From: an uncultured delta proteobacterium
Lineage (GTDB): Bacteria; Desulfobacterota; Desulfobulbia; Desulfobulbales; Desulfocapsaceae
DNA: 64,000 nucleotides
Assembly: GCA_963845115.1 (NCBI GenBank)
Contig: CAWJQN010000003.1
Span: 391,694-455,693, forward strand
Reading direction: 5' to 3'
Numbering within the stretch: the first letter of the stretch is position 1; every line of letters starts with the position of its first letter. This document shows, piece after piece, positions 52,722 through 64,000 of this stretch. The notes beneath the pieces were generated by a model, which did no database searches, was not told where the DNA came from, and worked only from the letters and a program-made list of their open reading frames with translations. Position numbers and translations under genes: made by a program.

Positions 52722-53345
52722 ATGATGAGCAGAAGCCAGATAATTTTCAGTACCTACAGTCCGCTGATGGCGGTTGATTCGAAGCTGATCAACAGCGACG
52801 GCCTGCCGCTGAAGATGGAGCGGGTCACCTCGCTCTGCCGCTGCGGGGAATCGAAGTACAAGCCGCTGTGCGACGGCTCCCATGCCTCGGCCGGCTTCGA
52901 GGGCAGCCGTGAAGACTCTGACAAGCCAGAGCCCGAGTATTATGAAGGCCAGAAGATTACCATCGTCTTCGATCGCTACCTGTGCATGGGGGCTGGCTTC
53001 TGCGGTGAACTCGAATCGGTTTTCGGTACCCACGAGACCCCGACCTACCTGCCCGATGCAGCCCCGGTCGAAGAGATCATCGAAACGATACGTAAGTGCC
53101 CGTCAGGAGCTCTGAGCTACATTGTCGACGGCGTTCACCACAAGAATTATTTTGAGGGAACCGAGCAGATCGTCGCTGAAAAAAATGGGCCGCTGAACAT
53201 CCAGGGCACGATAACCCTGATCGACGACCAGGACTCGGACAAACTGCTGCCGATGGCCGACCACTTTTCGCTGTGCCGATGCGGTGGATCCAAAAAGAAA
53301 CCGATCTGCGACGGCTCTCACAGCGACAACGGTTTCGAAGGCTGA
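52722..53345 (+). CDS. CDGSH iron-sulfur protein with two zf-CDGSH motifs flanking a ferredoxin-like segment
   Basis: CRCGESKYKPLCDGSH and CRCGGSKKKPICDGSH. The central segment FDRYLCMGAGFCGE...IRKCPSGAL resembles a mono-cluster 4Fe-4S ferredoxin. Start ATG 52722 (GAGGAAG upstream). Confidence 0.8.
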   Translation: MMSRSQIIFSTYSPLMAVDSKLINSDGLPLKMERVTSLCRCGESKYKPLCDGSHASAGFEGSREDSDKPEPEYYEGQKITIVFDRYLCMGAGFCGELESVFGTHETPTYLPDAAPVEEIIETIRKCPSGALSYIVDGVHHKNYFEGTEQIVAEKNGPLNIQGTITLIDDQDSDKLLPMADHFSLCRCGGSKKKPICDGSHSDNGFEG

Positions 53346-53360
53346 GCGGGCACCCTTCCC

Positions 53361-54452
53361 TTAGCGGGTCAGATAGACGATCTGCCCGAGATCGGGCATC
53401 AGGTAGGGGCCAGGGTCCAGTTCGCGGGCAGCCAGTTGCCGTTTCAGGTCGAGCATCGGGTAGCCGGGCGGGTTGTCTCCCAGCCGGAAAGTGCCCCACT
53501 GGGTCGGTACGAACCAGCGGGCCTTTAATTGCTCGAAGGCCAGCAGTGCTTCATCCACGTTGGTGTGGGCGTAGTGCATGAACCAGCGCGGCTGGTAGGC
53601 GGTGATCGGCAGCAGCGCATAGTCGATCTGCCCGAATTTTTCGCCGAATTCACGGTAGCCGACAAAGAAGCCGCTGTCGGCCCCGTAATAAATTCTCAAG
53701 CCGGCAGCCTCGATCATGTAGCTGGACCAGAGCGACGCGTTGCGCCCCTGGCCGATCCGGCGAGACCAGTGCTGAGCCGGCAGGCCGGTTATCAGCGATT
53801 CACCGATCGCGGCCGTCTCCCACCAGTCGACTTCGATCACCTCGCCTTCATGCAGGCTGGAGACATACCCGCCCAGCCCCGGCGGTACGATTATTCTGGC
53901 CTGCGGGGGCAGGGATCGCAGGGTCCGACTGTCCAGGTGGTCATAGTGGTTGTGAGAAACCAGCACGGTGACACCTCCGTCAAGACCGCCCAAATCATCC
54001 CGGCTGAGGGCCGGCGGAGTCACCCGTCCGGGCAGCAGAGCCCGCTCGGAAAGCATCGGGTCGGTCAGCCAGTAGGAGCCGGATATCCTGATCAGGAATG
54101 TGGCATGGCCGATCCAGACCAGAAAGTCCCTGTCCGGCGGCAGGTCCTGGATACGCCGCATCAGCTCGGGCTCAACTTCCGGCAGGTAGGTCTCCTCCTC
54201 CTCGGTGTATTCGGCGCTGCGCGTCAAGCGCCATCTGATAAAATCGCCGAAACCTTTGACATCCTCCATCCAGGGATTGAAATAGCGACCATCTTTTTCA
54301 TGTGGCGCGTAGAGCAGCGACGGATCCTGGCTGTCCACCCGGCTGCGCCACAATGCTTCATCGAACGTCTGCGGGTCATACAGGCACGAAACCAGCAGCG
54401 GCAGTGTCAGTAACAATAAGATGAGAGCCGTGACCTTAGCGGAAATATGCAT
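53361..54452 (-). CDS. MBL-fold metallo-hydrolase (Lactamase_B_2, NAPE-PLD-like) with signal peptide
   Basis: Start ATG 54452 (MHISAKVTALILLLLTLPLLVSC). The metal motif VSHNHYDHLD is present. Confidence 0.75.
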   Translation of the reverse strand: MHISAKVTALILLLLTLPLLVSCLYDPQTFDEALWRSRVDSQDPSLLYAPHEKDGRYFNPWMEDVKGFGDFIRWRLTRSAEYTEEEETYLPEVEPELMRRIQDLPPDRDFLVWIGHATFLIRISGSYWLTDPMLSERALLPGRVTPPALSRDDLGGLDGGVTVLVSHNHYDHLDSRTLRSLPPQARIIVPPGLGGYVSSLHEGEVIEVDWWETAAIGESLITGLPAQHWSRRIGQGRNASLWSSYMIEAAGLRIYYGADSGFFVGYREFGEKFGQIDYALLPITAYQPRWFMHYAHTNVDEALLAFEQLKARWFVPTQWGTFRLGDNPPGYPMLDLKRQLAARELDPGPYLMPDLGQIVYLTR

Positions 54453-54680
54453 AGCCGACCTGACCAGTTGATTGAGAAAATCGTTGCCTCCCGGCAAATG
54501 TGCTGGTGGTAACTGTAATACTTAAAATCGGAATGTCCGCTGGTTCACAAACGGACGACAATGGGGCTTGCATCTGTCGCCCGGAATTCTTATCACATCA
54601 CTATTGGTTGCATGAACAGCGCGGCGTATCCGTCTGCACCGAATCGTCGATATTTTATCATTGTAAACGGGGGGTACCTC

Positions 54681-57600
54681 ATGGCCGAAAAATCATCTGC
54701 TGAAAAAAAACGCCGCTGGCCGATCATCTTCGGCCTTTTCGGTGGCGTTCTTGTCCTTCTGATCGCGCTTCTTCCGACCCTCATGTCGACCACCGCGGCC
54801 AGGCAGCTTGTTCTGAACCGCGCCGCACCGCACATACCCGGGGAGATGAAGATCGACAACTGGTCGCTGAGCTGGTTGAACAGCCAGGCGGTAGAGGGCC
54901 TCAGCTACCATGACCCCGAAGCGGGCATACGCGTTGATGCTGCCTCCCTGACTATCGACAAGGGGTTGTCATCTCTTCTTTTCGACCGAAACAACCTGGG
55001 CACGGTGACCCTGGAAAAGCCCGCCGTGCAGGTAAGGCTGCCCGAGCCGCCGCCGGAAAACGGCGTGTCCCCCGCACCTCAGGCCTCCGTCCCGGCAGCG
55101 CCGACGACTGAAGAAACAGGGGCATCCGGCCGGCCGGCCACTGAGCCGGCAGGTTTCGGGCTTCCTCCAATGAGCGGGCGTATCGTCGTGAAACAGGGCA
55201 GCGTGGACATCCTCAGAAACGGCTCGGAGCCCGAGAACGTGGCAAAAAATATCGATCTCGATGTCAATGTTTCGTCACCGACAGAACCGATCGTCTATAC
55301 CATTGCAGCCCTTTCACCGGACTCTGCCGGGTCGGTTTCAGGGGCAGGGCAGATCCAGCTTGGTTTGAGCGATGCTGCCCTCGAGTCGGTTCAACCAGCA
55401 GGGAAACTGACGATTACTACCTGGCCCATCAGCCGGCTGCTTGATCTGGCCGCACTCTACGGGCCGGTTCCCACCGGGGCGGGCATACTCGACAGTGTCA
55501 TCGATTTCGACGGCGAACTGAGCCAGGGCGTCAAGCTCAGCGGCTCGGTCGGCCTGAGTAAGGTGAATCTCAGCGGCGGCCCGCTGACCGGGGACACGCT
55601 TGCAGTCGACAGGGCCACGGTTGATTTTACCGCCACCGGCCGGGCCGACACTCTGGAACTCTCCTCGCTCACCCTCACCTCGCCGCTGGCCAGCGGTCAG
55701 CTGTCCGCCACCGTAGGCAAAAACAGTGCGATGCAGTTTGACTCCGACCTGACCATCGATCTGCCGGAAGTTGCCGCGCAGCTGCCCCGGACGCTCAATC
55801 TCCAGGAAGGCCTGCGGATCACCGGCGGCATCCTGACACTGCAGGCGAAGGCCAGCCTCGATCAGGAAGGTAAGCAGTTTAGTGCCAATGCCTCGGTCAA
55901 GGAGCTGGCAGGCGTGCACGGTGGCAAAAACATCTCACTCGATGAACCGTTTTCTTTTAACCTCGTCGGCCGGCAGGGCAGCGGCGGCCTGCGCCTGGAC
56001 AACCTGGTGGTCGATTCATCCTTTCTGAACGGCACCGGGCAGGGCGACCTGAACGATCTGCAGCTGGATATAAAAGCCGATCTCGGCGCCGCCCTTGCCG
56101 AGATCTCCAAATTCGTCTCGCTGCAGGATTATCGGGCAACCGGGCAAATCGATCTGAACATCACGGCCCAGAGGCAGAATGAACAGACGGTCAGCCTGAC
56201 CGCCCGCCTCGGGTCCGACACATTCGGCTTCAGGCAGGGAAAAACCACCATTATTCCCCCGAGCCCCCTGCAGTTAACCGCTGACTCCACGCTGGCTCTG
56301 TCACCTGATTTCATCTTCAGCGGGGCGCCTGCCGCCAGTCTCGAATACCAGGCATGGCTCGGCAAAGGGACAGTGCAGGGCCGGGAGATTGCCGTCAGCC
56401 AGGGCAATCGGTTGCAATCGATCGGTGATCTCATCATCGATTCCCAGATCCAGTTGGGCGAGCTCGGTGTTCTCCTCAAAAGTCTCGGTATGCTGCCGGG
56501 TGATATGGCTTTAGAGGGCAGCACCAGGCTGCAGATGAAACTCTCCGGGGCAGACGAACGCTTTACGGTCGAAAATTTCAGCCTCGACTCACCGCAGCTC
56601 TCACTTACCAGGGGAGCGTCCCAACTGATTCCGTCCAGCCCACTGAAGCTGAACGGCAGCACGGACCTTTCTCTGGCCGCGGACGGCTCCATCGCCTCTT
56701 TTGACAAACCAGAACTGAGCTACGAAACCTGGCTCGGCAGCGGCGGAGTCAGTGCGGCTTCATTTAATCCTGGCGCCAAACAGGCCCAGGTGCTCAGTTA
56801 CCAGGGTAAAACCGATCTGGAACAGCTCAGCACCCTGCTCCTGACGCTGGAACTGCTGCCGCAGGATCTATCTTTCAGCGGCACAGAAACCTCGTCGATA
56901 ACCATGGACTACTCGCTCGAACGGATAGACCTGGCCTCCCTGCACACCGAAATCGACGAGTTCGTCCTCAGCCAGGCAGCAAAAACGTACCGTGACAACC
57001 GCCTGGTTATCGACACCGCCGGCTCTATCGACATGAGCAAGCGACAGGCCTCTTTCAAGCCGGTCCAGATCCAGTCGAGCAACGGGGAGCTCTTTTTCGA
57101 GAAGCTCTCGGTTGGAGACTGGAACAATCTGCTCGACACCCTGGACAGCAGCGGACAGGCCCGCTTCGAGCTGGCCGATATACTGAGTTCAGCAGCCGAC
57201 TGGGTCAGCCTGCCCGAAGATCTCTCTGCAGATGCCACCATTGAGCTTAACTGGAGTGCCGACGCCCATTCAAGCGAAGAACACCGTTACCAGCTCAAGG
57301 CCGATCTCAATGGCGCCAACCTGGTGAAAAACAATCTGCAGGTTTTCTCCAATGAACAGGTCCAGCTCAGTTTGAACACCACCAGGAAACCCTCCACCGG
57401 CAGCCTCATTCTGGACCGGTTCAGCCTCGCTTCCTCACCCCTTAACTTTGAAACAGAGGGCTCCTGGATGGGCTCCGCTGCAGGGGACACCGAGCTGGCT
57501 TTTAACGGAACACTGGCCATGGACCTGGAGCGGCTGGCCAAACTGATCAGGGCCATAACCGAATTAGACATCGAAATGGCCGGCAAATCGCAGCGTCCCT

Positions 57601-58457
57601 TCCAGCTGAGTGCAGCTTTTACCCCGGAGCAGCGCTCGCAGTGGTATCAGCACACCACCTTCGAAACCACTTTCGAGGCTGAATTCATCAAAATGATGGG
57701 GGTCGAGATCCGATCACTGGAAATTCCGGTCAAGCTGGCTGAAGGCATCGGACAGGCAGAAATAAGGGGCAGCGCCAACGAAGGTGCCCTGCTGCTCCAG
57801 CCCCGGCTTGACCTGCTTACCACCCCGCCGCTGCTGAGCTTGCCGGAAAACTCCCGGGTCCTCGAAAAAATGCAGATTACCGGTGAGATGGCAAATCAGC
57901 TGCTGGCCCGGCTTCACCCCCTGTTCATGGGGGCCGGCGAAATGAGCGGCACCTTTGATCTGAACATTGATGACTTCAACTGGCCCCTGGGAAAGGAAAA
58001 CGTCAACGATATTGCCTTTGGCGGGTACATGGAATTTTTCGATGTCAAAATAAACAGCTCGGCGCTGATCGGCGCCCTGCTGACGGCGCTGAAAGTCGAA
58101 GACAAGGGGGTCGACCTGGACGAACGGAAGATCGAGTTTGTCTGCCGGGACGGCCGGGTGACCACCAACCCGCTGAAAACCAACCTCGGCGACTCAGAGC
58201 TGACAATCAGCGGCAGCCTTGGCCTGGACACCTCCATCGATTACCTGGCCAAGGTGCCCGTTACGCAGCAGCTCGTCGGCGGCGACCTCTACGATATTCT
58301 GGAAGGCACGATTATACAAGTGCCCATTGGCGGCACCCTGGCCAAACCCGATATTTCGGCACGGACCATAGAACGGGCGATCACCGACCTGGCCCGGCAG
58401 GCCGGACAGAAAAAGCTCGAAGAGGCTGCCAGCGACCTGCTCAAGCGGCTCTTTTGA
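54681..58457 (+). CDS. AsmA/TamB-like large envelope protein
   Basis: Start ATG 54681. N-terminal anchor RRWPIIFGLFGGVLVLLIALLP is followed by about 1200 aa of beta-rich, Ser/Leu/Gly/Asp repetitive sequence. The C-terminal block ...DSELTISGSLGLDTSIDYLAKVPV... is typical of the AsmA-like C-terminus. Confidence 0.65.
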   Translation: MAEKSSAEKKRRWPIIFGLFGGVLVLLIALLPTLMSTTAARQLVLNRAAPHIPGEMKIDNWSLSWLNSQAVEGLSYHDPEAGIRVDAASLTIDKGLSSLLFDRNNLGTVTLEKPAVQVRLPEPPPENGVSPAPQASVPAAPTTEETGASGRPATEPAGFGLPPMSGRIVVKQGSVDILRNGSEPENVAKNIDLDVNVSSPTEPIVYTIAALSPDSAGSVSGAGQIQLGLSDAALESVQPAGKLTITTWPISRLLDLAALYGPVPTGAGILDSVIDFDGELSQGVKLSGSVGLSKVNLSGGPLTGDTLAVDRATVDFTATGRADTLELSSLTLTSPLASGQLSATVGKNSAMQFDSDLTIDLPEVAAQLPRTLNLQEGLRITGGILTLQAKASLDQEGKQFSANASVKELAGVHGGKNISLDEPFSFNLVGRQGSGGLRLDNLVVDSSFLNGTGQGDLNDLQLDIKADLGAALAEISKFVSLQDYRATGQIDLNITAQRQNEQTVSLTARLGSDTFGFRQGKTTIIPPSPLQLTADSTLALSPDFIFSGAPAASLEYQAWLGKGTVQGREIAVSQGNRLQSIGDLIIDSQIQLGELGVLLKSLGMLPGDMALEGSTRLQMKLSGADERFTVENFSLDSPQLSLTRGASQLIPSSPLKLNGSTDLSLAADGSIASFDKPELSYETWLGSGGVSAASFNPGAKQAQVLSYQGKTDLEQLSTLLLTLELLPQDLSFSGTETSSITMDYSLERIDLASLHTEIDEFVLSQAAKTYRDNRLVIDTAGSIDMSKRQASFKPVQIQSSNGELFFEKLSVGDWNNLLDTLDSSGQARFELADILSSAADWVSLPEDLSADATIELNWSADAHSSEEHRYQLKADLNGANLVKNNLQVFSNEQVQLSLNTTRKPSTGSLILDRFSLASSPLNFETEGSWMGSAAGDTELAFNGTLAMDLERLAKLIRAITELDIEMAGKSQRPFQLSAAFTPEQRSQWYQHTTFETTFEAEFIKMMGVEIRSLEIPVKLAEGIGQAEIRGSANEGALLLQPRLDLLTTPPLLSLPENSRVLEKMQITGEMANQLLARLHPLFMGAGEMSGTFDLNIDDFNWPLGKENVNDIAFGGYMEFFDVKINSSALIGALLTALKVEDKGVDLDERKIEFVCRDGRVTTNPLKTNLGDSELTISGSLGLDTSIDYLAKVPVTQQLVGGDLYDILEGTIIQVPIGGTLAKPDISARTIERAITDLARQAGQKKLEEAASDLLKRLF

Positions 58458-58497
58458 CCTGCCGCTGCCCGGAGGATGAACTGCAAGCTGTGGTCTG

Positions 58498-60315
58498 TTA
58501 TGCAACGGCGGCACTGGCCCCGACCATGGCCATGAACTCCTTTTCGAACAGAACTTCCTTTTCGAGGAGCAATTCGGCAATCGAGTGCAGTTTCTCCTTG
58601 TTGCCGGTGAGCAGATCGGTGACATGACGGCTGCGTTCGTCGAGTATCTTCCTGGTTTCGGCATCCACCTTGGCCGCCGTATCGTCGCTGTAGTCCTTGC
58701 CGCCGTAAAAGCCCTGCTCACTCTGCAGGAACACGGGGGAGCGCTGCCGGGGATAGGTAGACAAGCCGAGCGTTTCACCCATCCCGTACTCGACGATCAT
58801 GGCCCGGGCAATATCGGTGGCCCGCATCAGGTCATTGCCCGCCCCGGTGGTCACTGAGTCGAAGGTAATCTGTTCAGCGATCCGGCCGCCGAGCAGCACA
58901 TCGATCTTGCCGAGCAGTTCCTCGGTACTCATCAGGTAGCGGTCCTCGGTGGGCCGCTGCTGGGTATAGCCAAGCGCGGCGAGTCCCCGGGGAATGATCG
59001 AGATCTTGTGCACCGGCTCCGAACCCGGCGTCAGGGCGGCGACCAGGGCATGACCCACCTCGTGATAGGCCACGATTTTCTTCTCTGCGGCATTGATTAC
59101 CCGATTCTTTTTTTCCAGGCCGCCGATGATGCGGTCCACCGCTTCATCGAGATCAGCCATGCTCACCTCTTTGCGGCCTTTGCGCACTGCCAGCAGCGCC
59201 GACTCATTGACGACATTAGCCAGGTCGGCCCCGGAAAATCCAGCCGTTTTCTGGGCAATTATCTTCAGGTCGATATCGGCCGCCAATTTAACCTTTTCGG
59301 CATGGATATTCAGAATTGCCTCGCGGCCGTTGACGTCGGGCTTGTCGATCAGAACCTGCCGGTCGAAACGCCCGGAACGGAGCAGGGCCGGATCAAGCAC
59401 CTCCGGCCGGTTGGTTGCCGCCATGATGATGATGCCTTTCTGGGTATCGAAACCGTCCATTTCGACGAGCAGCTGATTCAGGGTCTGCTCCCGCTCGTCA
59501 TGACCGCCGACCATGCCGCCCGCCCCCCGCGCCTTGCCGAGCGCATCGAGTTCGTCGATGAAAATGATGCAGGGGGCTTTTTCCCGGGCCTGCTCGAACA
59601 GGTCCCGTACCCGGGCTGCCCCCATGCCGACGAACATCTCGACGAAATCAGAACCGCTCATCGAAAAAAAGGGCACCCCGGCTTCACCGGCCACCGCCCG
59701 GGCAACCAAGGTCTTACCACATCCCGGAGGCCCGACAAGCAATACGCCTTTGGGCAGCTGCCCTCCCACCTCTAGATAGGTGCCTGGATGTTCCAGATAG
59801 TCGATAACTTCCTGCAGCTCTTCTTTTGCCTCATCAGCCCCTGCCACGTCACTGAACCGGGTATCGATATCTTTCTCACCGACGATCTTGGCCTTGTTCT
59901 TGCCAAAACTCATGACTCCGGCCTGGCCGCTCTGCATGCGGCGCATCAGAAAATACCAGATACCGAAAAAGATACCGATCGGCACGACCCAGGAAAGAAT
60001 CGCTTTTAGAAACGTGTTCTCCACCTGGCCGGAAAATTTGATATCATGCCCTGCCAGTTTCTGGGAGAGATCATTATCGACCCGCACCGTGGTGAAGAGG
60101 ATTTCCTCGTCAGCAGAATCACCACGCATCTTACCGCTTATTCTGTCCTGCCCGACAGCGATCTCGATCACCTTGTCCGACTCGACGGCCTCAATGAACT
60201 CACTGTAGGGCAGAACCTGGGGACGGAACTGATCGAAAATCATATTCTGCAGGAACAGGACCCCCCATACTGCGGCCAGTACATACCAGACGTTGAATTT
60301 AGTGTTTTTCTCCAT
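58498..60315 (-). CDS. ftsH: ATP-dependent zinc metalloprotease FtsH
   Basis: Two N-terminal TM helices, AAA Walker [19 protein letters not shown], Walker [13 protein letters not shown], and the zinc site HEVGHAL. Confidence 0.95.
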   Translation of the reverse strand: MEKNTKFNVWYVLAAVWGVLFLQNMIFDQFRPQVLPYSEFIEAVESDKVIEIAVGQDRISGKMRGDSADEEILFTTVRVDNDLSQKLAGHDIKFSGQVENTFLKAILSWVVPIGIFFGIWYFLMRRMQSGQAGVMSFGKNKAKIVGEKDIDTRFSDVAGADEAKEELQEVIDYLEHPGTYLEVGGQLPKGVLLVGPPGCGKTLVARAVAGEAGVPFFSMSGSDFVEMFVGMGAARVRDLFEQAREKAPCIIFIDELDALGKARGAGGMVGGHDEREQTLNQLLVEMDGFDTQKGIIIMAATNRPEVLDPALLRSGRFDRQVLIDKPDVNGREAILNIHAEKVKLAADIDLKIIAQKTAGFSGADLANVVNESALLAVRKGRKEVSMADLDEAVDRIIGGLEKKNRVINAAEKKIVAYHEVGHALVAALTPGSEPVHKISIIPRGLAALGYTQQRPTEDRYLMSTEELLGKIDVLLGGRIAEQITFDSVTTGAGNDLMRATDIARAMIVEYGMGETLGLSTYPRQRSPVFLQSEQGFYGGKDYSDDTAAKVDAETRKILDERSRHVTDLLTGNKEKLHSIAELLLEKEVLFEKEFMAMVGASAAVA

Positions 60316-60465
60316 CGATCCTCACCTCGTCATTCTTGTCTTACATGTTTGCTCAGAAGCACTTATTTTAACAGTTGATTAAATTGTATTCATCCACCGC
60401 CCAAAATCAATGTGATTCGGCCGGTGCCGACATTATCGAATGGCCGGATAGCGATGGGGCAGCAG

Positions 60466-60513
60466 GGGAAAAACCAAGAGCCGGGAGTTCCGGCACTGAG
60501 CGATTCGCTCAGT
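60466..60513 (-). terminator. tandem hairpins plus T tract after the 88-aa membrane-protein gene
   Basis: ACTGAGCG/CGCTCAGT (60495-60502/60506-60513) and GCCGG/CCGGC (60480-60494) form hairpins. On the minus strand tcttggttttt follows. Confidence 0.45.
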
Positions 60514-60775
60514 CCGTTTTCATGTCTATCCGGTAGCCGATAAAGACACCGGCAGCGCCCCCGAGCAGGGGAATGGTGAGAAAGAGCGGCGGATAGATAT
60601 GCTGCAGGCCGGTCGAGGAAAAGATGAGCAGTGTTGCGCAGATCCCGACAACGGGCAGCAGCGTGTAGCAGAGCACTGACTTCCAGCTTCTCAAGGCATA
60701 ATACATGACAAACAGAAACCAGCAGCACGCCAGGAGTACAAATGCGATCAGTCCGCCGTCGAATACGTTGCCCAT
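60509..60775 (-). CDS. hypothetical small membrane protein
   Basis: 88 aa with three hydrophobic helices (GLIAFVLLACCWFLFVMYYAL, LCYTLLPVVGICATLLIF, LFLTIPLLGGAAGVFIGY). Confidence 0.5.
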   Translation of the reverse strand: MGNVFDGGLIAFVLLACCWFLFVMYYALRSWKSVLCYTLLPVVGICATLLIFSSTGLQHIYPPLFLTIPLLGGAAGVFIGYRIDMKTD

Positions 60776-61084
60776 GCCACCATAATACCATGTCAGACGG
60801 CTGGAACAAAGAGGCGTATTTCAGCCTCCGATACGACCCTGCTGCTTCTGATGGTTGATATCGCTGTATGCATCCCCTTGGCCATAGAGCTTCTCCGGGG
60901 GGGGGCCGTTCACTGGAGCCGGTGCAGGCGAGTTGCCTGACCGATTCATAATTTGCCAATTCACTCCTCATTACCTACTGTGGTGGTAATGAGGGGTCCC
61001 CGATGGTCCTGTTTTAGTTTCTGATGATACAATCAGAAAAGACAACGGTAACTGCTCCAGCTTTGCGATTACAAGGAGTCGATC

Positions 61085-63760
<2,676 letters not shown>

Positions 63761-63780
63761 CACCAACCAGGAGGTCCATC

Positions 63781-64000
63781 ATGCCCAGCTCTTTTCCCGA
63801 TGTCGTTATGCCGGAGTGCAGCACCAGCCGGCTGCTGGCTGGCCAGAAAGCCCTGGTCACCGGCGCCAATTCAGGCATCGGCAGGGCCGTGGCAATCGCC
63901 CTTGGCCATGCCGGCGCCGATGTCCTGGTCAACTATGTGACCGACCCGGATGGTGCCGAGGCCGTATGTTGCGAAATAGAGCGCTGCGGCGCCAGGGCCG
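63781..64000 (+). CDS. SDR-family oxidoreductase (glucose 1-dehydrogenase-like), 5' part only
   Basis: KALVTGANSGIGRAVAIALGHAGADVLVNY is the classical SDR TGxxxGxG site. The gene runs off the right edge. Confidence 0.75.
   Translation, partial: MPSSFPDVVMPECSTSRLLAGQKALVTGANSGIGRAVAIALGHAGADVLVNYVTDPDGAEAVCCEIERCGARA

Noticed and set aside
60390-60971. 193-aa minus-strand ORF overlapping the 88-aa membrane-protein ORF.
   Set aside because: It is in a different frame over the same DNA. Its translation is Arg/Cys/Pro-rich with no TM or domain features. The 88-aa ORF gives clean hydrophobic helices.

Overview
By eye this is a fairly GC-rich chromosomal segment from an anaerobe. A Desulfobacterota/deltaproteobacterial-type organism is likely but this is a low-confidence inference from gene content: NfnAB, V4R-GGDEF, DUF134/DUF5320, glutaryl-CoA dehydrogenase, TRAP and BMP transporters. 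I support about 58 protein genes, no rRNA or tRNA, and no CRISPR array.

Layout:
- 1-8.5 kb: a visibly lower-GC accessory patch. It holds an IS3 transposase remnant, an N-terminal fragment of an integron-type integrase, and a divergent run of short, unrelated, co-oriented ORFs. A shared family of imperfect-palindromic repeats separates these ORFs. I read this as a decayed chromosomal integron or cassette array; it is a hypothesis that needs attC-model confirmation.
- 8.5-12.4 kb: a V4R-GGDEF pair and glutaryl-CoA dehydrogenase.
- 12.5-24 kb: a nucleoside scavenging and catabolism locus (cdd, punA, BMP-type ABC importer, deoB, deoA, tdk, and an e(P4)-type 5'-nucleotidase).
- 24.9-27.2 kb: nfnAB.
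- 27.4-32.3 kb: orphan envelope proteins, DUF72 and a DUF134/DUF5320 pair.
- 32.6-36.3 kb: a Mla/Pqi-like MCE lipid-transport operon.
- 37.5-45.2 kb: a divergent histidine-utilisation locus (hutC-hutH / hutU-hutI-ftcD) with a long-form urocanase and a fused FTCD.
- 45.2-53.3 kb, directly downstream: TRAP transporter, HisC-like aminotransferase, YdiJ-like FAD/Fe-S dehydrogenase and a CDGSH protein. I propose this as an uncharacterised feeder module.
- 53.4-64 kb: an MBL hydrolase, a 1258-aa AsmA-like protein, ftsH, a GH63 glucosidase and a partial SDR.

Many long ORFs in the supplied track are antisense artefacts of GC-rich genes and are rejected.
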